Shown here: in pieces, positions 38,094-48,434 of the stretch
Layout: every line of letters starts with the position of its first letter
How positions within the stretch are numbered: position 1 is the first letter of the stretch
Assembly: GCA_965214925.1 (NCBI GenBank)
Contig: OZ244028.1
Coordinates: forward strand, 3,863,009-3,927,008
From: Candidatus Latescibacterota bacterium
GTDB taxonomy: Bacteria; Latescibacterota; UBA2968
Reading direction: 5' to 3'
DNA: 64,000 bases
Translations under genes and position numbers: made by a program
Notes under the pieces: generated by a model
Databases searched by the model: none
The model's input: the letters and a program-made list of their open reading frames with translations, nothing else
Told to the model about the DNA's origin: nothing

Positions 38094-39749
38094 ATGCCAA
38101 CTTTGGATTTCAAAGGCAAGCAACACATCTACGCCCATCACATGGCCGTCCCTTACCGGCCGCTGGTTCCTGACCCCGACCGCTCGCTGAACTCGGCCGG
38201 TGCCGATGACAACCTCATCATCCACGGCGACAACCTGCACGCCCTGAAGGCATTGCTCCCCCGCTACATCGGGCGCGTCAAGTGCATCTACATTGACCCG
38301 CCGTATAACACCGGCAACGAGGGCTGGATCTATAACGACAAGGTGAACAGTCCGTTGCTCAAAGAGTGGTTCAAGCACCAAAGTCCGGTTGACGGCGAGG
38401 ATTTAGAACGCCACGACAAATGGTGCTGCATGATGTGGCCCCGGTTGCAGTTGCTCAAGGAATTGCTCTCAGATGATGGCGTTATCTTCATCTCCATCGA
38501 CGACAACGAGCAACACCACCTGCGGATGCTGATGGATGAGGTTTTTGGAGAGGGGAATTTTCTCGCGGATATCATCTGGCAACATCGTTACGGCAGAAGT
38601 AACAACGCCAAATTGTTCTCAAATCAGCGTGAACACATAATCGCGTACAGAAAGTCCTTCAGTCTCTCTCACATTCGAGTGAAGCGCGACGAAAAACTGA
38701 ACTTGACTTATCAAAACCCCGATAATGATCCGCGCGGCAGTTGGATATCGAGTTCATACGTCAATCCCGCGACCAAAGAGCAACGGCCAAATTTGGTCTA
38801 TTCAGTAGTGAATCCACGTACAGACGCAATAATCGATCATCCGACTCACGCATGGAAATATGAGTATGCTACTTACGAGGAGCACGTTAAAGACAACAGG
38901 CTTTGGTGGGGCATAAACGGGAATCTACGATACCCTCGCCTCAAAAACTTCCTCAGTGAATCCGAGGCGAAAGGCATCGTTCCTATTGACCTTATGTTAG
39001 CGGATGTTGCTGGCACTACTGATGAAGGCACTCGTCAGTTACAGGCAATTTTTCAAAGCAACACCGTTGATTTCAATAATCCGAAACCCACAAAGCTGAT
39101 CCAAAACTTGATAGCGGTTGCCGAAGGGACATCCGACAAAGATGCCATCGTCCTCGACTCCTTCGCCGGTTCCGGCACCACCGGCCACGCTGTCCTCGCG
39201 CTGAACAAAGCGGATGGCGGCAATCGCAAGTTTATCCTCGTGGAGTGCGAGGGCTATGCGGATACCATTACCGCCGAGCGCGTGCGCCGCGTCATCAACG
39301 GCGTTCCAAACGCCCGCGACAAGTCGCTGCGCGAAGGCCTGGGCGGTTCGTTCACCTATTGCACGCTGGGCGACGCCATTGACACGGAAGGGATGCTAAC
39401 AGGCAAAGCACTTCCGGATTATCCGTCGCTGGCGGCGTACTTGCTGCATATCTCGGCGGGCATTTCCGCAGGTCACGCCGCGCTACAGTCGCAAAACAAA
39501 GATGGCCTGTTTTACAGCACGGACACGACCAACTACTACCTGCTGTACGAACCGAGCGTTGATTACTTGGGCAGCAGCGAAGCGATGCTGAACCAGGATC
39601 GGGCGCGGCGCATGAGTGCTGCAAGCCAACAGGAAGGCAAAAATGCCATTGTGTTTGGGCCGGGCAAGTACATCGGACAGCGCGACCTGAGCACGCTGGG
39701 CATCACTTTTTGTCAACTGCCCTACGAAATCCACAAAGCCGGGCAGTGA
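38094..39749 (+). CDS. mod: Type III restriction-modification system methyltransferase (Mod)
   Basis: Beta-class order: motif IV IYIDPPYNTGNEGW precedes motif I VLDSFAGSGTTGHAV. The central approx. 550 nt (TRD) is AT-rich. RBS GGAGA is present. Confidence 0.85.
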   Translation: MPTLDFKGKQHIYAHHMAVPYRPLVPDPDRSLNSAGADDNLIIHGDNLHALKALLPRYIGRVKCIYIDPPYNTGNEGWIYNDKVNSPLLKEWFKHQSPVDGEDLERHDKWCCMMWPRLQLLKELLSDDGVIFISIDDNEQHHLRMLMDEVFGEGNFLADIIWQHRYGRSNNAKLFSNQREHIIAYRKSFSLSHIRVKRDEKLNLTYQNPDNDPRGSWISSSYVNPATKEQRPNLVYSVVNPRTDAIIDHPTHAWKYEYATYEEHVKDNRLWWGINGNLRYPRLKNFLSESEAKGIVPIDLMLADVAGTTDEGTRQLQAIFQSNTVDFNNPKPTKLIQNLIAVAEGTSDKDAIVLDSFAGSGTTGHAVLALNKADGGNRKFILVECEGYADTITAERVRRVINGVPNARDKSLREGLGGSFTYCTLGDAIDTEGMLTGKALPDYPSLAAYLLHISAGISAGHAALQSQNKDGLFYSTDTTNYYLLYEPSVDYLGSSEAMLNQDRARRMSAASQQEGKNAIVFGPGKYIGQRDLSTLGITFCQLPYEIHKAGQ

Positions 39750-39760
39750 GGAGTTGAGCA

Positions 39761-42295
39761 ATGGAGATGAAAGAATATCAGGCTGCCGCGCTCGATGCCT
39801 TCACCCGCTGGCACGATGCGCTGGATAAGGCGCGAGTGCAGTCGGAAACCGTTATGACCACGCTGAAAGAGGTCGGGGCGGACATTCCCGATGACATCCG
39901 CAACTATCCCAAAGCCGCTTGGCAACAGTTGGCTCAATCGGGCGGCGTGGCCGAGAGCGCGGGCGACTATGTGAGCCGCACCGATGACGCGGGCCGTCCG
40001 ATCCCGCATGTCTGCTTCAAAGTGCCCACCGGCGGGGGCAAGACCCTGCTCGCGGCCGCTGCGCTGGGGCGGCTGCATCGACAGACCGGACTCACGCTGT
40101 GGGTAACGCCGACCCGCGCCATCTACGAACAGACGGAACGCGCGCTCAGAAATCGGGAGCATCCCTACCGGCAACTGCTGGAAATAGCCAGCGGCGGGCG
40201 GGTCAAGTTGCTGGAAAAGGACGACCTCTTCACGCGGTCAGATGTCGCCAACTACATGTGCGTGATGCTGCTGATGCTGCCCGCGGCCAACCGTCAAAGG
40301 GGACGGGACTTTCTGCGGATGTTCCGGGATTCCGGGCGTTATCCCACGCTTTTCCCCGATAGCGACGACGTCTTTGGCGACGCTCGCCTGTTGCATACCT
40401 ACCCCGATTTGGAACGCACGTCGGCCGATGGCCCGGTCAAGCACAGCCTGTTCAATGTATTCAAAATGCTGCGTCCCGTCGTGGTGCTCGACGAAGCGCA
40501 CAAAGCTTATGGGATCAAGCGGAAAGGGGCAAACGAAGAGTTCGTGCGCTCTGTCAACCGCCTTGACCCCCGCATGGTGATTGAGTTGTCCGCCACGCCC
40601 AACCGAGGTATCAGCAATCTTTTGGTTGACATCACCGGTAGAGAACTCAAAAACGAGGAGATGATCAAACTGCCCGTGCAGGTCACGTCCTTCACCAACG
40701 CGGATTGGTACAACACATTGGCACAGGCGCATGACGAATTGGAGCGACTCGCTGCCGAGGGACAATCACTCCAGCAGAGCGAGGGACGCTACATTCGTCC
40801 CATCGCGGTCGTCCGCGTGGAGCGCACCGGCAAAGACCAGCGCGATGGCGAGCGCGTCCACGCCGAAGACGTGCGGGAGTATCTGGTTCACAACTTGGGC
40901 GTTCCCGATAATGCCGTGGCGGTCAAATCATCTGAACTGGACGAGTTGGCGGGCGTGGATCTGCTGTCGGAGTTTTCGCCCGTGCGCTGGATCATCACCA
41001 AGTCGGCACTGATGGAGGGTTGGGACTGTCCCTTTGCTTATGTATTGGTGATGCTGGACAATACGCAGGCGCAGCGCGCCATCACGCAGTTGGTCGGGCG
41101 CGTGATGCGCCAGCCGCACGCGCGGCGCACTGAGCGAGAAGCACTCGACCAATGCCAAGTCTATTGCTACAATACCGATGTTGGCAAAGCCGTGGCGCAA
41201 GTCAAACAGGGGCTGGAAGAGGAAGGGTTGACCGGCTTGGACGACGCGGTGACCAGCGGTGCATCCGGATTTCGGCGGGTCAGTGTGCAACGACGCGGGA
41301 AGTTTCGGGATAAGGACATATTTCTGCCGCTGGTTTTGCACAAAGATGGCGACGAGTGGGGCGAGTTGAATTACCAGTGCCACATTCTACCCAGCATCAA
41401 TTGGGATGCGATTGACGCCCCAGACCCGCAAAACAGTCTTCCCGACCGAGCCACGCGGCAGTCGGCAACCGTTGATGTGGGCGATGCGCTGCCCGTTTTT
41501 CACGCGGACCGGGAGCTATATATCGACAAAACAGTGAAAATAGCGTGGTTTGCCCGCCGTCTGTCCGATGTTGTTCCAAACCCGTGGCAGGCCACCCGAA
41601 TCGCGCAGCAGTTGATAGAGAAATTGCAGGCGGATGGCGACACCGACGATGAAATCTATGATCGTCGCTCGTATTTGGGGTTCGCGTTGAGGGAATATGT
41701 CACCGATGCGGTGGAAAAGCAGGCTGAACAGGTCTTTCGCAAAAAATTGAAGGTGGGTGAAATCCGTTTTAACTTGGAGGCTGGGCAACCGAGTTTTCGC
41801 ATGGTGGAAAACTACGAAATACCTGTGACAGACGACGCGGGGCTACTCGCGGGAAATGACGGTCACCCGGTACAACTCAGTCTGTTTGAGCCGATATACA
41901 CGCAACAATTCGATTCTACCTTGGAGCGCAATTTCGCCCGCTATCTCGACGAACAAAAGGCACTGAAATGGTGGCACCGGGTGGCTGTGCGCCAGCGAGG
42001 CGATTACTACCTGCGAGGCTGGAAACAAGAGCGCGTCTGGCCCGACTTCGTCGCCATGGGCGGCGAAACCGATGGCAAGCCGCGCGTGCTGATTTTCGAG
42101 ACAAAGGGCGAGCACCTGCGCGATAATCCGGATACCGATTACAAGTGTCGCGTGCTGGATACCCTACAAAATGCTTTCAACTGCGGAACGATGATCGTGC
42201 GGGATGGGCCAGCCAAAGGCAGTTTCCGGCTGGTGTTCAATGAGGCGGAGTTCCCGGCAGCATTGGCTGTTCTGAGCGACGCCAATAGCCCCTAA
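39761..42295 (+). CDS. res: Type III restriction endonuclease subunit (Res), SF2 helicase ATPase plus endonuclease
   Basis: Walker A KVPTGGGKT, DEAH box VVLDEAHK, and helicase motif VI QLVGRVMRQPH. It lies immediately downstream of mod. Confidence 0.85.
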   Translation: MEMKEYQAAALDAFTRWHDALDKARVQSETVMTTLKEVGADIPDDIRNYPKAAWQQLAQSGGVAESAGDYVSRTDDAGRPIPHVCFKVPTGGGKTLLAAAALGRLHRQTGLTLWVTPTRAIYEQTERALRNREHPYRQLLEIASGGRVKLLEKDDLFTRSDVANYMCVMLLMLPAANRQRGRDFLRMFRDSGRYPTLFPDSDDVFGDARLLHTYPDLERTSADGPVKHSLFNVFKMLRPVVVLDEAHKAYGIKRKGANEEFVRSVNRLDPRMVIELSATPNRGISNLLVDITGRELKNEEMIKLPVQVTSFTNADWYNTLAQAHDELERLAAEGQSLQQSEGRYIRPIAVVRVERTGKDQRDGERVHAEDVREYLVHNLGVPDNAVAVKSSELDELAGVDLLSEFSPVRWIITKSALMEGWDCPFAYVLVMLDNTQAQRAITQLVGRVMRQPHARRTEREALDQCQVYCYNTDVGKAVAQVKQGLEEEGLTGLDDAVTSGASGFRRVSVQRRGKFRDKDIFLPLVLHKDGDEWGELNYQCHILPSINWDAIDAPDPQNSLPDRATRQSATVDVGDALPVFHADRELYIDKTVKIAWFARRLSDVVPNPWQATRIAQQLIEKLQADGDTDDEIYDRRSYLGFALREYVTDAVEKQAEQVFRKKLKVGEIRFNLEAGQPSFRMVENYEIPVTDDAGLLAGNDGHPVQLSLFEPIYTQQFDSTLERNFARYLDEQKALKWWHRVAVRQRGDYYLRGWKQERVWPDFVAMGGETDGKPRVLIFETKGEHLRDNPDTDYKCRVLDTLQNAFNCGTMIVRDGPAKGSFRLVFNEAEFPAALAVLSDANSP

Positions 42296-42345
42296 ACCTC
42301 GCCGCCGTTAGCTGAGTGAGAAGGCGAATTGCAAATGGAGTGCGG

Positions 42346-42786
42346 ATGATGAATGACGATAAAGCAAATGTCAAGCGAGCCGTTCCATTTTTTGCGGTGT
42401 CAAATATCGAAGCCTCTGTTCGCTTCTACATGGATGGTCTCGGTTTTGCGATGAGCAATAAATGGGTCAAGGATGGCGCGCTGCGCTGGTGCATGCTCCA
42501 ACGCGGAGACGCCGCGCTGATGTTGCAACAATTCAATACAGAAGGCCCCAATGCTTATGTGCCCGAAGGAAAAGTGGGAGAAGGCGTCTCGATTGTGTTT
42601 TTTTGCGAAGATGCCCTGGCGATTTATCGCGAGGTCGCATCTCGGCGCATTGAGGCGTCAAAACCCTTTGTCGGGAACGGGATGTGGGTCACGTCTCTAA
42701 GCGATCCGGATGGATTTCGCATCTACTTTGAGAGCGAGACAGACGTGCCGGAAGGCACCGAGTTTTCAGAGGATCTCAGTCCATGA
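42346..42786 (+). CDS. VOC-family (glyoxalase/bleomycin-resistance fold) protein
   Basis: FFAVSNIEASVRFYMDGLGF and a second beta-alpha-beta-beta-beta module. Start at MMNDDK. Confidence 0.7.
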   Translation: MMNDDKANVKRAVPFFAVSNIEASVRFYMDGLGFAMSNKWVKDGALRWCMLQRGDAALMLQQFNTEGPNAYVPEGKVGEGVSIVFFCEDALAIYREVASRRIEASKPFVGNGMWVTSLSDPDGFRIYFESETDVPEGTEFSEDLSP

Positions 42787-42827
42787 GATTTCGCGTATCC
42801 GCGCGCAGACGGTTGAATTGAAGTTCG

Positions 42828-43019
42828 ATGACCCACACCGCTTGGGACAATGCCATGGACTGGGACGATCCCCGACGAAACCCTTATCACGATTCAGACG
42901 CTCGCCCCCCGGGCTGGCTGCTGTGTCTGATCGCCTTGGGCGTGGCATTTGCAGTGACGGCACTTGGGTGGGTGTTCATGTATTTGCGAGACGTGTTCAA
43001 TGCTCAACCGCTGGGATAG
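42828..43019 (+). CDS. Possible small membrane protein (63 aa)
   Basis: Single hydrophobic helix WLLCLIALGVAFAVTALGWVFMYL. No clear RBS. Confidence 0.25.
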   Translation: MTHTAWDNAMDWDDPRRNPYHDSDARPPGWLLCLIALGVAFAVTALGWVFMYLRDVFNAQPLG

Positions 43020-43065
43020 TGCGCCGGAACGGAGCATCCGTCTTTGCGTCTTTGCGTTCCCCTCA

Positions 43066-43818
43066 TCAATACGTTGCCCTGCCTCCGCTGATGTCATAAC
43101 ACTGCCCGGTGACAAAAGAGGCATCGTCGGACGCGAGAAAATGAACAACCGCGGCGACTTCTTCGGGCTGGCCGAGACGGCCGAGGGGGATTTTGGAGGT
43201 CATGTAGTCGCGCTGCACTGGCTCGACATGTGCCAGGAGTGGGGTTTCGATCAAGGCTGGAGAGACGCAGTTGACGCGAATATTGTCCCGGAGATGTTCT
43301 TTGGCGAGGGCCTTGGTAAAGCATATTATACCGGCTTTAGAGACCGAATAGGGCGCCATGCTCGGGTTGCCTTCTTTGCCAGATATGGAAGCGACCGAGA
43401 CAATGGTGCCTTTTTTTTGTTTCAGCATGGACGGTAGTACCGCGCGCGAACAGAGAAATGTGCCCTTGAGATTGACAGCGAGAACTCGATCCCAGTCTTG
43501 TTCTGTGAGATCTTTGACGGGCACATCGCGCCCGACAATGCCCGCGTTGTTGACGAGAATGTCGATGTGCCCCCATGTGTTGAGACAGGCGTCAATGGCA
43601 TTTTGCACACTGTCCGCGCGGGCGACATCGAGGGGCAAGGCCAATGCGCCCGCTCCGATCTCTCGAGCCGTTTTCCGAGCCTCGCCGACATTGAGGTCGG
43701 CTATCGCCACCCTCGCGCCCGCTTCGGCAAGGCGTGTGGCAATGGCTTTTCCAATGCCCTGCGCGGCACCGGTGACAAGGGCTGTTCTGTTCGCCAGATT
43801 TTTTGGGATTTCATTCAT
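43066..43818 (-). CDS. SDR-family oxidoreductase (FabG-like)
   Basis: TGAAQGIGKAIA, NNAG, and catalytic YSVSK. Confidence 0.85.
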   Translation of the reverse strand: MNEIPKNLANRTALVTGAAQGIGKAIATRLAEAGARVAIADLNVGEARKTAREIGAGALALPLDVARADSVQNAIDACLNTWGHIDILVNNAGIVGRDVPVKDLTEQDWDRVLAVNLKGTFLCSRAVLPSMLKQKKGTIVSVASISGKEGNPSMAPYSVSKAGIICFTKALAKEHLRDNIRVNCVSPALIETPLLAHVEPVQRDYMTSKIPLGRLGQPEEVAAVVHFLASDDASFVTGQCYDISGGRATY

Positions 43819-43851
43819 GGTACTTTCCGCGTTGTCGGGAAAACGGCACTA

Positions 43852-44670
43852 TTATTTTGGATCCGGGTCGTCTGGCAAAACCGGATGGTCTTGCGATTTG
43901 AGTTCCGTGGGCGTGCTGTCAGACAAATAACCACCATCCACGTAGATAATTTGACCGGTGATGTAGCGCGCGTCTTCTGATGCGAGAAACGCGGCAACAG
44001 TTGCAATGTCGCGGGTGTGCCCGCGCGCCCCCCATGGAATGCGTTTGCGGTAGGCTGCGATAATTTCAGGGCCCAGTGACGCGCCCATGCCTTCGGATGC
44101 AATGGCACCGGGGCCAATGGCATTGACGTTGATTTTGTAAGGGGCGAGTTCCACGGCAAGGGTTCGCGTGAGCATGACCACAGCGGCTTTGGAGGGCTGA
44201 TACGCAGACGCGTCAAAATGCGCGACTTCGGCCTGCACAGACGAGATGTTGATGATTTTGCCGCCTTGCTCGCGCTCGATCATGTCTTTGACAACCGCGC
44301 GACAGCAATAGAAAGGGCCATTGAGGTTGACATCGAGAATGCGCTGCCACGCTTCATCTGTAATGGCTGTGAATCCACCGTCTTGGGGGATGTACACACC
44401 GGCATTGTTGACCAAGATGTCAATGTGTCCGAAGCGATTGCGCGTTTGCCGAACCACGTCTTCTACCTGATCGGAGTCGGCCACGTCCGCGGGAATGACG
44501 AGCGCGTCGCGCCCGAGGGATTCGACCGCGCGCGCCGTGGTTTCGGCTGTTTCAGCGGAGAGGTCATTGATGGCGATATGCGCGCCTGCCTCGGCCATTT
44601 CGAGGGCAATGGCTTTGCCAATGCCGGATCCTGCGCCCGTGATGAGCGCGATTTTGTCTTTGAGTTTCAT
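43852..44670 (-). CDS. SDR-family oxidoreductase
   Basis: TGAGSGIGKAIA, NNAG, YQPSK. Start at MKLKDK with GGGAGG 7 nt upstream. Confidence 0.85.
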   Translation of the reverse strand: MKLKDKIALITGAGSGIGKAIALEMAEAGAHIAINDLSAETAETTARAVESLGRDALVIPADVADSDQVEDVVRQTRNRFGHIDILVNNAGVYIPQDGGFTAITDEAWQRILDVNLNGPFYCCRAVVKDMIEREQGGKIINISSVQAEVAHFDASAYQPSKAAVVMLTRTLAVELAPYKINVNAIGPGAIASEGMGASLGPEIIAAYRKRIPWGARGHTRDIATVAAFLASEDARYITGQIIYVDGGYLSDSTPTELKSQDHPVLPDDPDPK

Positions 44671-44693
44671 CGTGAACCTCCCTGAGATTGCGT

Positions 44694-45830
44694 TCAAATC
44701 CCGGCTTTACCCACGCCGGAATTTGATGGAGAAAACAGGTCGCGTTGGTCGTCTTGTTGAAGATAGTCAATGAGTTTGCGGCTCGTGCGGGAGAAGGCGT
44801 AAGCGTTGAGACGCGCGAGGGCAACCCAGGCGAGATTGTCGCAGGTGAGTGCGCGCGCTTTGCCTTTGACATAGCGACACTGAAAGGTGTGGAGGGTGAT
44901 GCTAAAGTGGGTAAACGCGTGTTTGACGGTGCGATAGCGGTCGTCAATGGCGATGTGGATGCCCGCGGTTTCTCGGATGCCGCGCATGCAAGTGTCTTGC
45001 AGAGATTCCCCAGCCTGTTGCGTGCCCGCGGGAAATTCCCAGAGGCCGCCGAGCAAGCCGTTTTCCGGGCGTTGTGCAATGAGCACTTTGTCTTTGTGCC
45101 ATACAATGCCCGCGCACAGCGCGTGATGGGCGCGGGGTTTTTGTTTGGCTTTGACGGGCAGACGCTGAGGGTCGCCGGCTTTGTAGGCTGCACAGTATGT
45201 TTGCAGGGGACAGCGGTTGCACGCCGGGTTTTTGGGGGTGCAGACGGTCGCGCCGAGTTCCATGATCGCCTGATTGTAGGTGCCGGCGTCGCCTTTGGGC
45301 AATAGGGCCTCGGCGAGATTCCAGAGTTGGTTTTTGACGCGGGTTTGCGCCACGTCATCGCGGATGTCAAAAACGCGCGTGACAACGCGAATGACATTGC
45401 CGTCGAGCACGGCGTGGTCGCGGTCATAGGCAATGCTCAACACCGCGGCTGTGGTATAAGGGCCAAAGCCGGGCAGGGATTTGAGTTCGTCATACGTATC
45501 GGGCACCGCGCCGGCAAAGTCGGTGGCAATGGCATGCGCGGCTTTGTGCAGGTTGCGCGCGCGAGCGTAATAGCCCAATCCCTCCCAGGCTTTGAGCACG
45601 TCATCCCGCGAGGCATTGGCGAGGTCGCAAACTGTGGGAAAGCGATCGAGAAAGCGATGGTAGTAGGGAATAACCGTGGCCACCTGCGTTTGCTGAAGCA
45701 TAAACTCCGCGAGCAGGATGCGATAGGGGTCATCCGTGTGTCGCCAGGGCAAGTCGCGTTTGTGTTTGCTGTACCACGCCAAGAGGCGGGCGGCGATCTG
45801 TTTTTGCGATGAGATTTTGAAACGGGTCAT
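44694..45830 (-). CDS. mutY: A/G-specific adenine DNA glycosylase
   Basis: HhH-GPD domain (LPGFGPYTTAAV), the 4Fe-4S cluster loop C-x6-C-x2-C-x5-C (CTPKNPACNRCPLQTYC) and a C-terminal NUDIX-like domain. Confidence 0.9.
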   Translation of the reverse strand: MTRFKISSQKQIAARLLAWYSKHKRDLPWRHTDDPYRILLAEFMLQQTQVATVIPYYHRFLDRFPTVCDLANASRDDVLKAWEGLGYYARARNLHKAAHAIATDFAGAVPDTYDELKSLPGFGPYTTAAVLSIAYDRDHAVLDGNVIRVVTRVFDIRDDVAQTRVKNQLWNLAEALLPKGDAGTYNQAIMELGATVCTPKNPACNRCPLQTYCAAYKAGDPQRLPVKAKQKPRAHHALCAGIVWHKDKVLIAQRPENGLLGGLWEFPAGTQQAGESLQDTCMRGIRETAGIHIAIDDRYRTVKHAFTHFSITLHTFQCRYVKGKARALTCDNLAWVALARLNAYAFSRTSRKLIDYLQQDDQRDLFSPSNSGVGKAGI

Positions 45831-45833
45831 AAA

Positions 45834-46151
45834 TCACGATTTCTCGGCGATAGTGCGCGCGTGTTCGCGGACGATATCCGGCGGACTCGCCGCGATTAGG
45901 TTGCGAATCGCAAGGATATTGAGCGCGATGTCTTCGCCAAATCCAAGGTGGGGAAGAATGGCTTCGGGGATCAAATCGAAAGGAGAAAGGCCGTATAGCA
46001 CAGCCAAGATGACGAGCACTTTGGGCAATAGGGGAACGCGGGCATCCCAAAAGAGCCGCCATGCAAGGCGCAAGTACTGCGGGAGGCGACGGATGATTGA
46101 GAAAACGCCGCGCATCCGCAAGAGACGAAAAAGAGCAAAAAGGCCACGCAC
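45834..46151 (-). CDS. DUF1232 (YkvA-like) membrane protein
   Basis: LSPFDLIPEAILPHLGFGEDI motif characteristic of DUF1232. Confidence 0.55.
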   Translation of the reverse strand: MRGLFALFRLLRMRGVFSIIRRLPQYLRLAWRLFWDARVPLLPKVLVILAVLYGLSPFDLIPEAILPHLGFGEDIALNILAIRNLIAASPPDIVREHARTIAEKS

Positions 46152-46383
46152 GATAAATCACCGGGGAGATTACGCAACGCGATCAGGACATCTGCGGATT
46201 AAAATAAAATGATATGATATACCGCGCATTGTGTCAATGCAATGAATATCCTCTCCTGCCGTGACCGCTTTTCACTAGGCGCGCGACGGGCGCAGCGAGT
46301 TCATCTCGCACAATCTTTTCATCCCAAAAATAATTGAATGTCTCTAACGCCAATTGCGCGGCGTACAACGCCAGTAATCCCAT

Positions 46384-48069
46384 TCAATCCTCAAATCCTG
46401 AAAATCCCGATCTGTTTTGGATGATCTCTCGCAGGGCCCTGCGCTGGACTTTGCCCGTAGAGGTCAAGGGACAGTCGTCGCGCGCAATGGGGATCACGCG
46501 CGACGGGGCTTCGTAGATGCTCAAGTTCGGGATTTGACCGGTTTGCCCGCGCCGAAGAATATCCGAGGCTGTTTGTTCGGGATGTTTGATCTCGGGTTTG
46601 AAAATGGCTGCTGCACAGATGTCTTCGCCCCACCTATCGTGACGGAGGCCGATCACGTAAACCGCGTCGAGTTCAGGACAGGCGTGGCGCAGGGCGTTTT
46701 CCACGGCGATGGGTGAGATGTTGACGCCGCCTTTGATGATGATTTCCTTTTTGCGACTGTGAAAGAAGTAGAAACGGCGGCCGTAGATGTCGCGGTAATA
46801 CCCCATGTCGCCGGTGTAGAACCAGCCCTTGCAGAAGACCTCCGCGGTGGCTTTGGGCCGGTTGAGGTAGCCATTGGCAACTACGGCACCGCGCACGAGG
46901 ATTTCGCCAATATCGCCTTCGCCTGCCTCACCTTCAATACACAAGTTGTTGTTGGCGAGCTCAACGCCGAGGGCGTTTTGTTCGAGCACGTCGCGGTATT
47001 GCTCATCGGGTAAGTTGGGTGGCACACCCGTCACGCGCAAGCTGACTTCGGTCGAGCCATATCCCTGAACGAGGCGAACGCCAAAGCGGTCGACAAACTG
47101 ACAGGCGATGTTGGGCGGCACAGGTGCAGAGCCGATCATGATTTTTTTTAGTGAAGATGTGTCATGGCCTTCGCGCTCAAAGTCGTCCGCGCGGGCGATC
47201 AGGTCGGCCATGATGGTCGGTACAATGCTGGCAGAGGTCGCGCGTTCCCGCGAGATGACGCGCCAGAACGCGGAGACACTGTAGCGCGAATTGAGGATGA
47301 GTGTGCCGCCCGCCATGAGGCAGGCTATCGAGAATGTGGTGGAATTGATGTGGTGGAGCGGCAAGACGAGATCGAGGCGTTCGCGAACATCAAATCCGAG
47401 CCAGCGAATGATGCCATCGGCATTGGATGTGAGGCTTTGTCGGGTGATGCGCGCGCCTTTGGGTTGGCCCGTTGTGCCAGATGTGTAGAGCACGATGTTG
47501 GGGTGTTGTTCGCATGCGATATCGCCAGACCACTCGGGCTCGAGATCTGCGTCAGGTGCATCGGAGGCGAGCAACTGATCCGTTGTTGCAATTTGGATAT
47601 CGGGCAATGACCTATTCGCGCAGTGGTGGCCTAGTTCTCGGCGTTGGGTTTCGGCATGGCCGGGCAAAACGACGAGCAGGCGGGCCGCGGCGTTTGCCAT
47701 TTTGTAGCGTTTGCGCGCGGGAACGTCTTTGGCGAGGTCGAGGGGAACAGCGGTCGCGCCGAGCCGAAAGAGGGCGAGGGTGAGCAGGGGGATTTCCGCG
47801 CAGTTGGGCATCGCAAGCCCAACGCAGTCCCCGCGTTGGATGCCAAAGTCGCGGTGCATTGTGCCCGCAAGCGCGGCGGTGCGCCGTTCAAATTCAGAAT
47901 AGGTGATAACGGTGCGCGCGTCCGTATCGCAATCGCGAAAGATCAGCGCGGGTTTGTCGGGCTGATGTTCCGCGCGATCTTTTAAGAGATGCGTGAAGTT
48001 GCGCCACGCAAAGCGGTAGGTGTGGGGTTTGCCGTTTTTTGTGCAGGTGAAAATTTTGGAGTCGATCAT
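46384..48069 (-). CDS. AMP-dependent acyl-CoA synthetase/ligase
   Basis: AMP-binding motif LYTSGTTGQPKG and a C-terminal ligase domain. Start at MIDSKIF. Confidence 0.85.
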   Translation of the reverse strand: MIDSKIFTCTKNGKPHTYRFAWRNFTHLLKDRAEHQPDKPALIFRDCDTDARTVITYSEFERRTAALAGTMHRDFGIQRGDCVGLAMPNCAEIPLLTLALFRLGATAVPLDLAKDVPARKRYKMANAAARLLVVLPGHAETQRRELGHHCANRSLPDIQIATTDQLLASDAPDADLEPEWSGDIACEQHPNIVLYTSGTTGQPKGARITRQSLTSNADGIIRWLGFDVRERLDLVLPLHHINSTTFSIACLMAGGTLILNSRYSVSAFWRVISRERATSASIVPTIMADLIARADDFEREGHDTSSLKKIMIGSAPVPPNIACQFVDRFGVRLVQGYGSTEVSLRVTGVPPNLPDEQYRDVLEQNALGVELANNNLCIEGEAGEGDIGEILVRGAVVANGYLNRPKATAEVFCKGWFYTGDMGYYRDIYGRRFYFFHSRKKEIIIKGGVNISPIAVENALRHACPELDAVYVIGLRHDRWGEDICAAAIFKPEIKHPEQTASDILRRGQTGQIPNLSIYEAPSRVIPIARDDCPLTSTGKVQRRALREIIQNRSGFSGFED

Positions 48070-48095
48070 TTTGACATTTCCATTGAGCCTTTTTG

Positions 48096-48434
48096 TTATC
48101 CCAAAAGAATATTTCGGCATTTCTCAATCAGATCGGGAAGATGATTTTTGATGATATCCCAGACGATTTCATTGTCGACAACACCGTAACCATGGGCAAT
48201 CACATTTCGGAAGTCAATTATGTCACGTAGATTTGAAATTTGTGTAGCAAGACTTGGATCATAACGAGAAATACGGTTTAAAGCTTCCCCAATAATCTCA
48301 AATTGACGCTCAATGGCAGACCGAATCAAAAGATCGCCAACATAATCTTCATAGGACCATCCAGATACAAATGTTTGTATGTTTTCGACTGCTGATATGA
48401 CATCATGCAGATAAGCGCGAGAATCATGCTGCAT
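48096..48434 (-). CDS. hepT: HepT-like (DUF86) ribonuclease toxin
   Basis: Rx4HxY motif RNVIAHGY. It overlaps the upstream MNT gene by 11 nt. Confidence 0.8.
   Translation of the reverse strand: MQHDSRAYLHDVISAVENIQTFVSGWSYEDYVGDLLIRSAIERQFEIIGEALNRISRYDPSLATQISNLRDIIDFRNVIAHGYGVVDNEIVWDIIKNHLPDLIEKCRNILLG

Noticed and set aside
40238-41383. Minus-strand ORFs in the res gene
   Set aside because: Antisense shadows. res has clear helicase motifs on the plus strand.
44564-45812. Overlapping alternative-frame ORFs across mutY (289 aa minus, 186 aa and 161 aa plus)
   Set aside because: mutY motifs (HhH-GPD, Fe-S loop) define the true frame. The others are GC-shadow ORFs.
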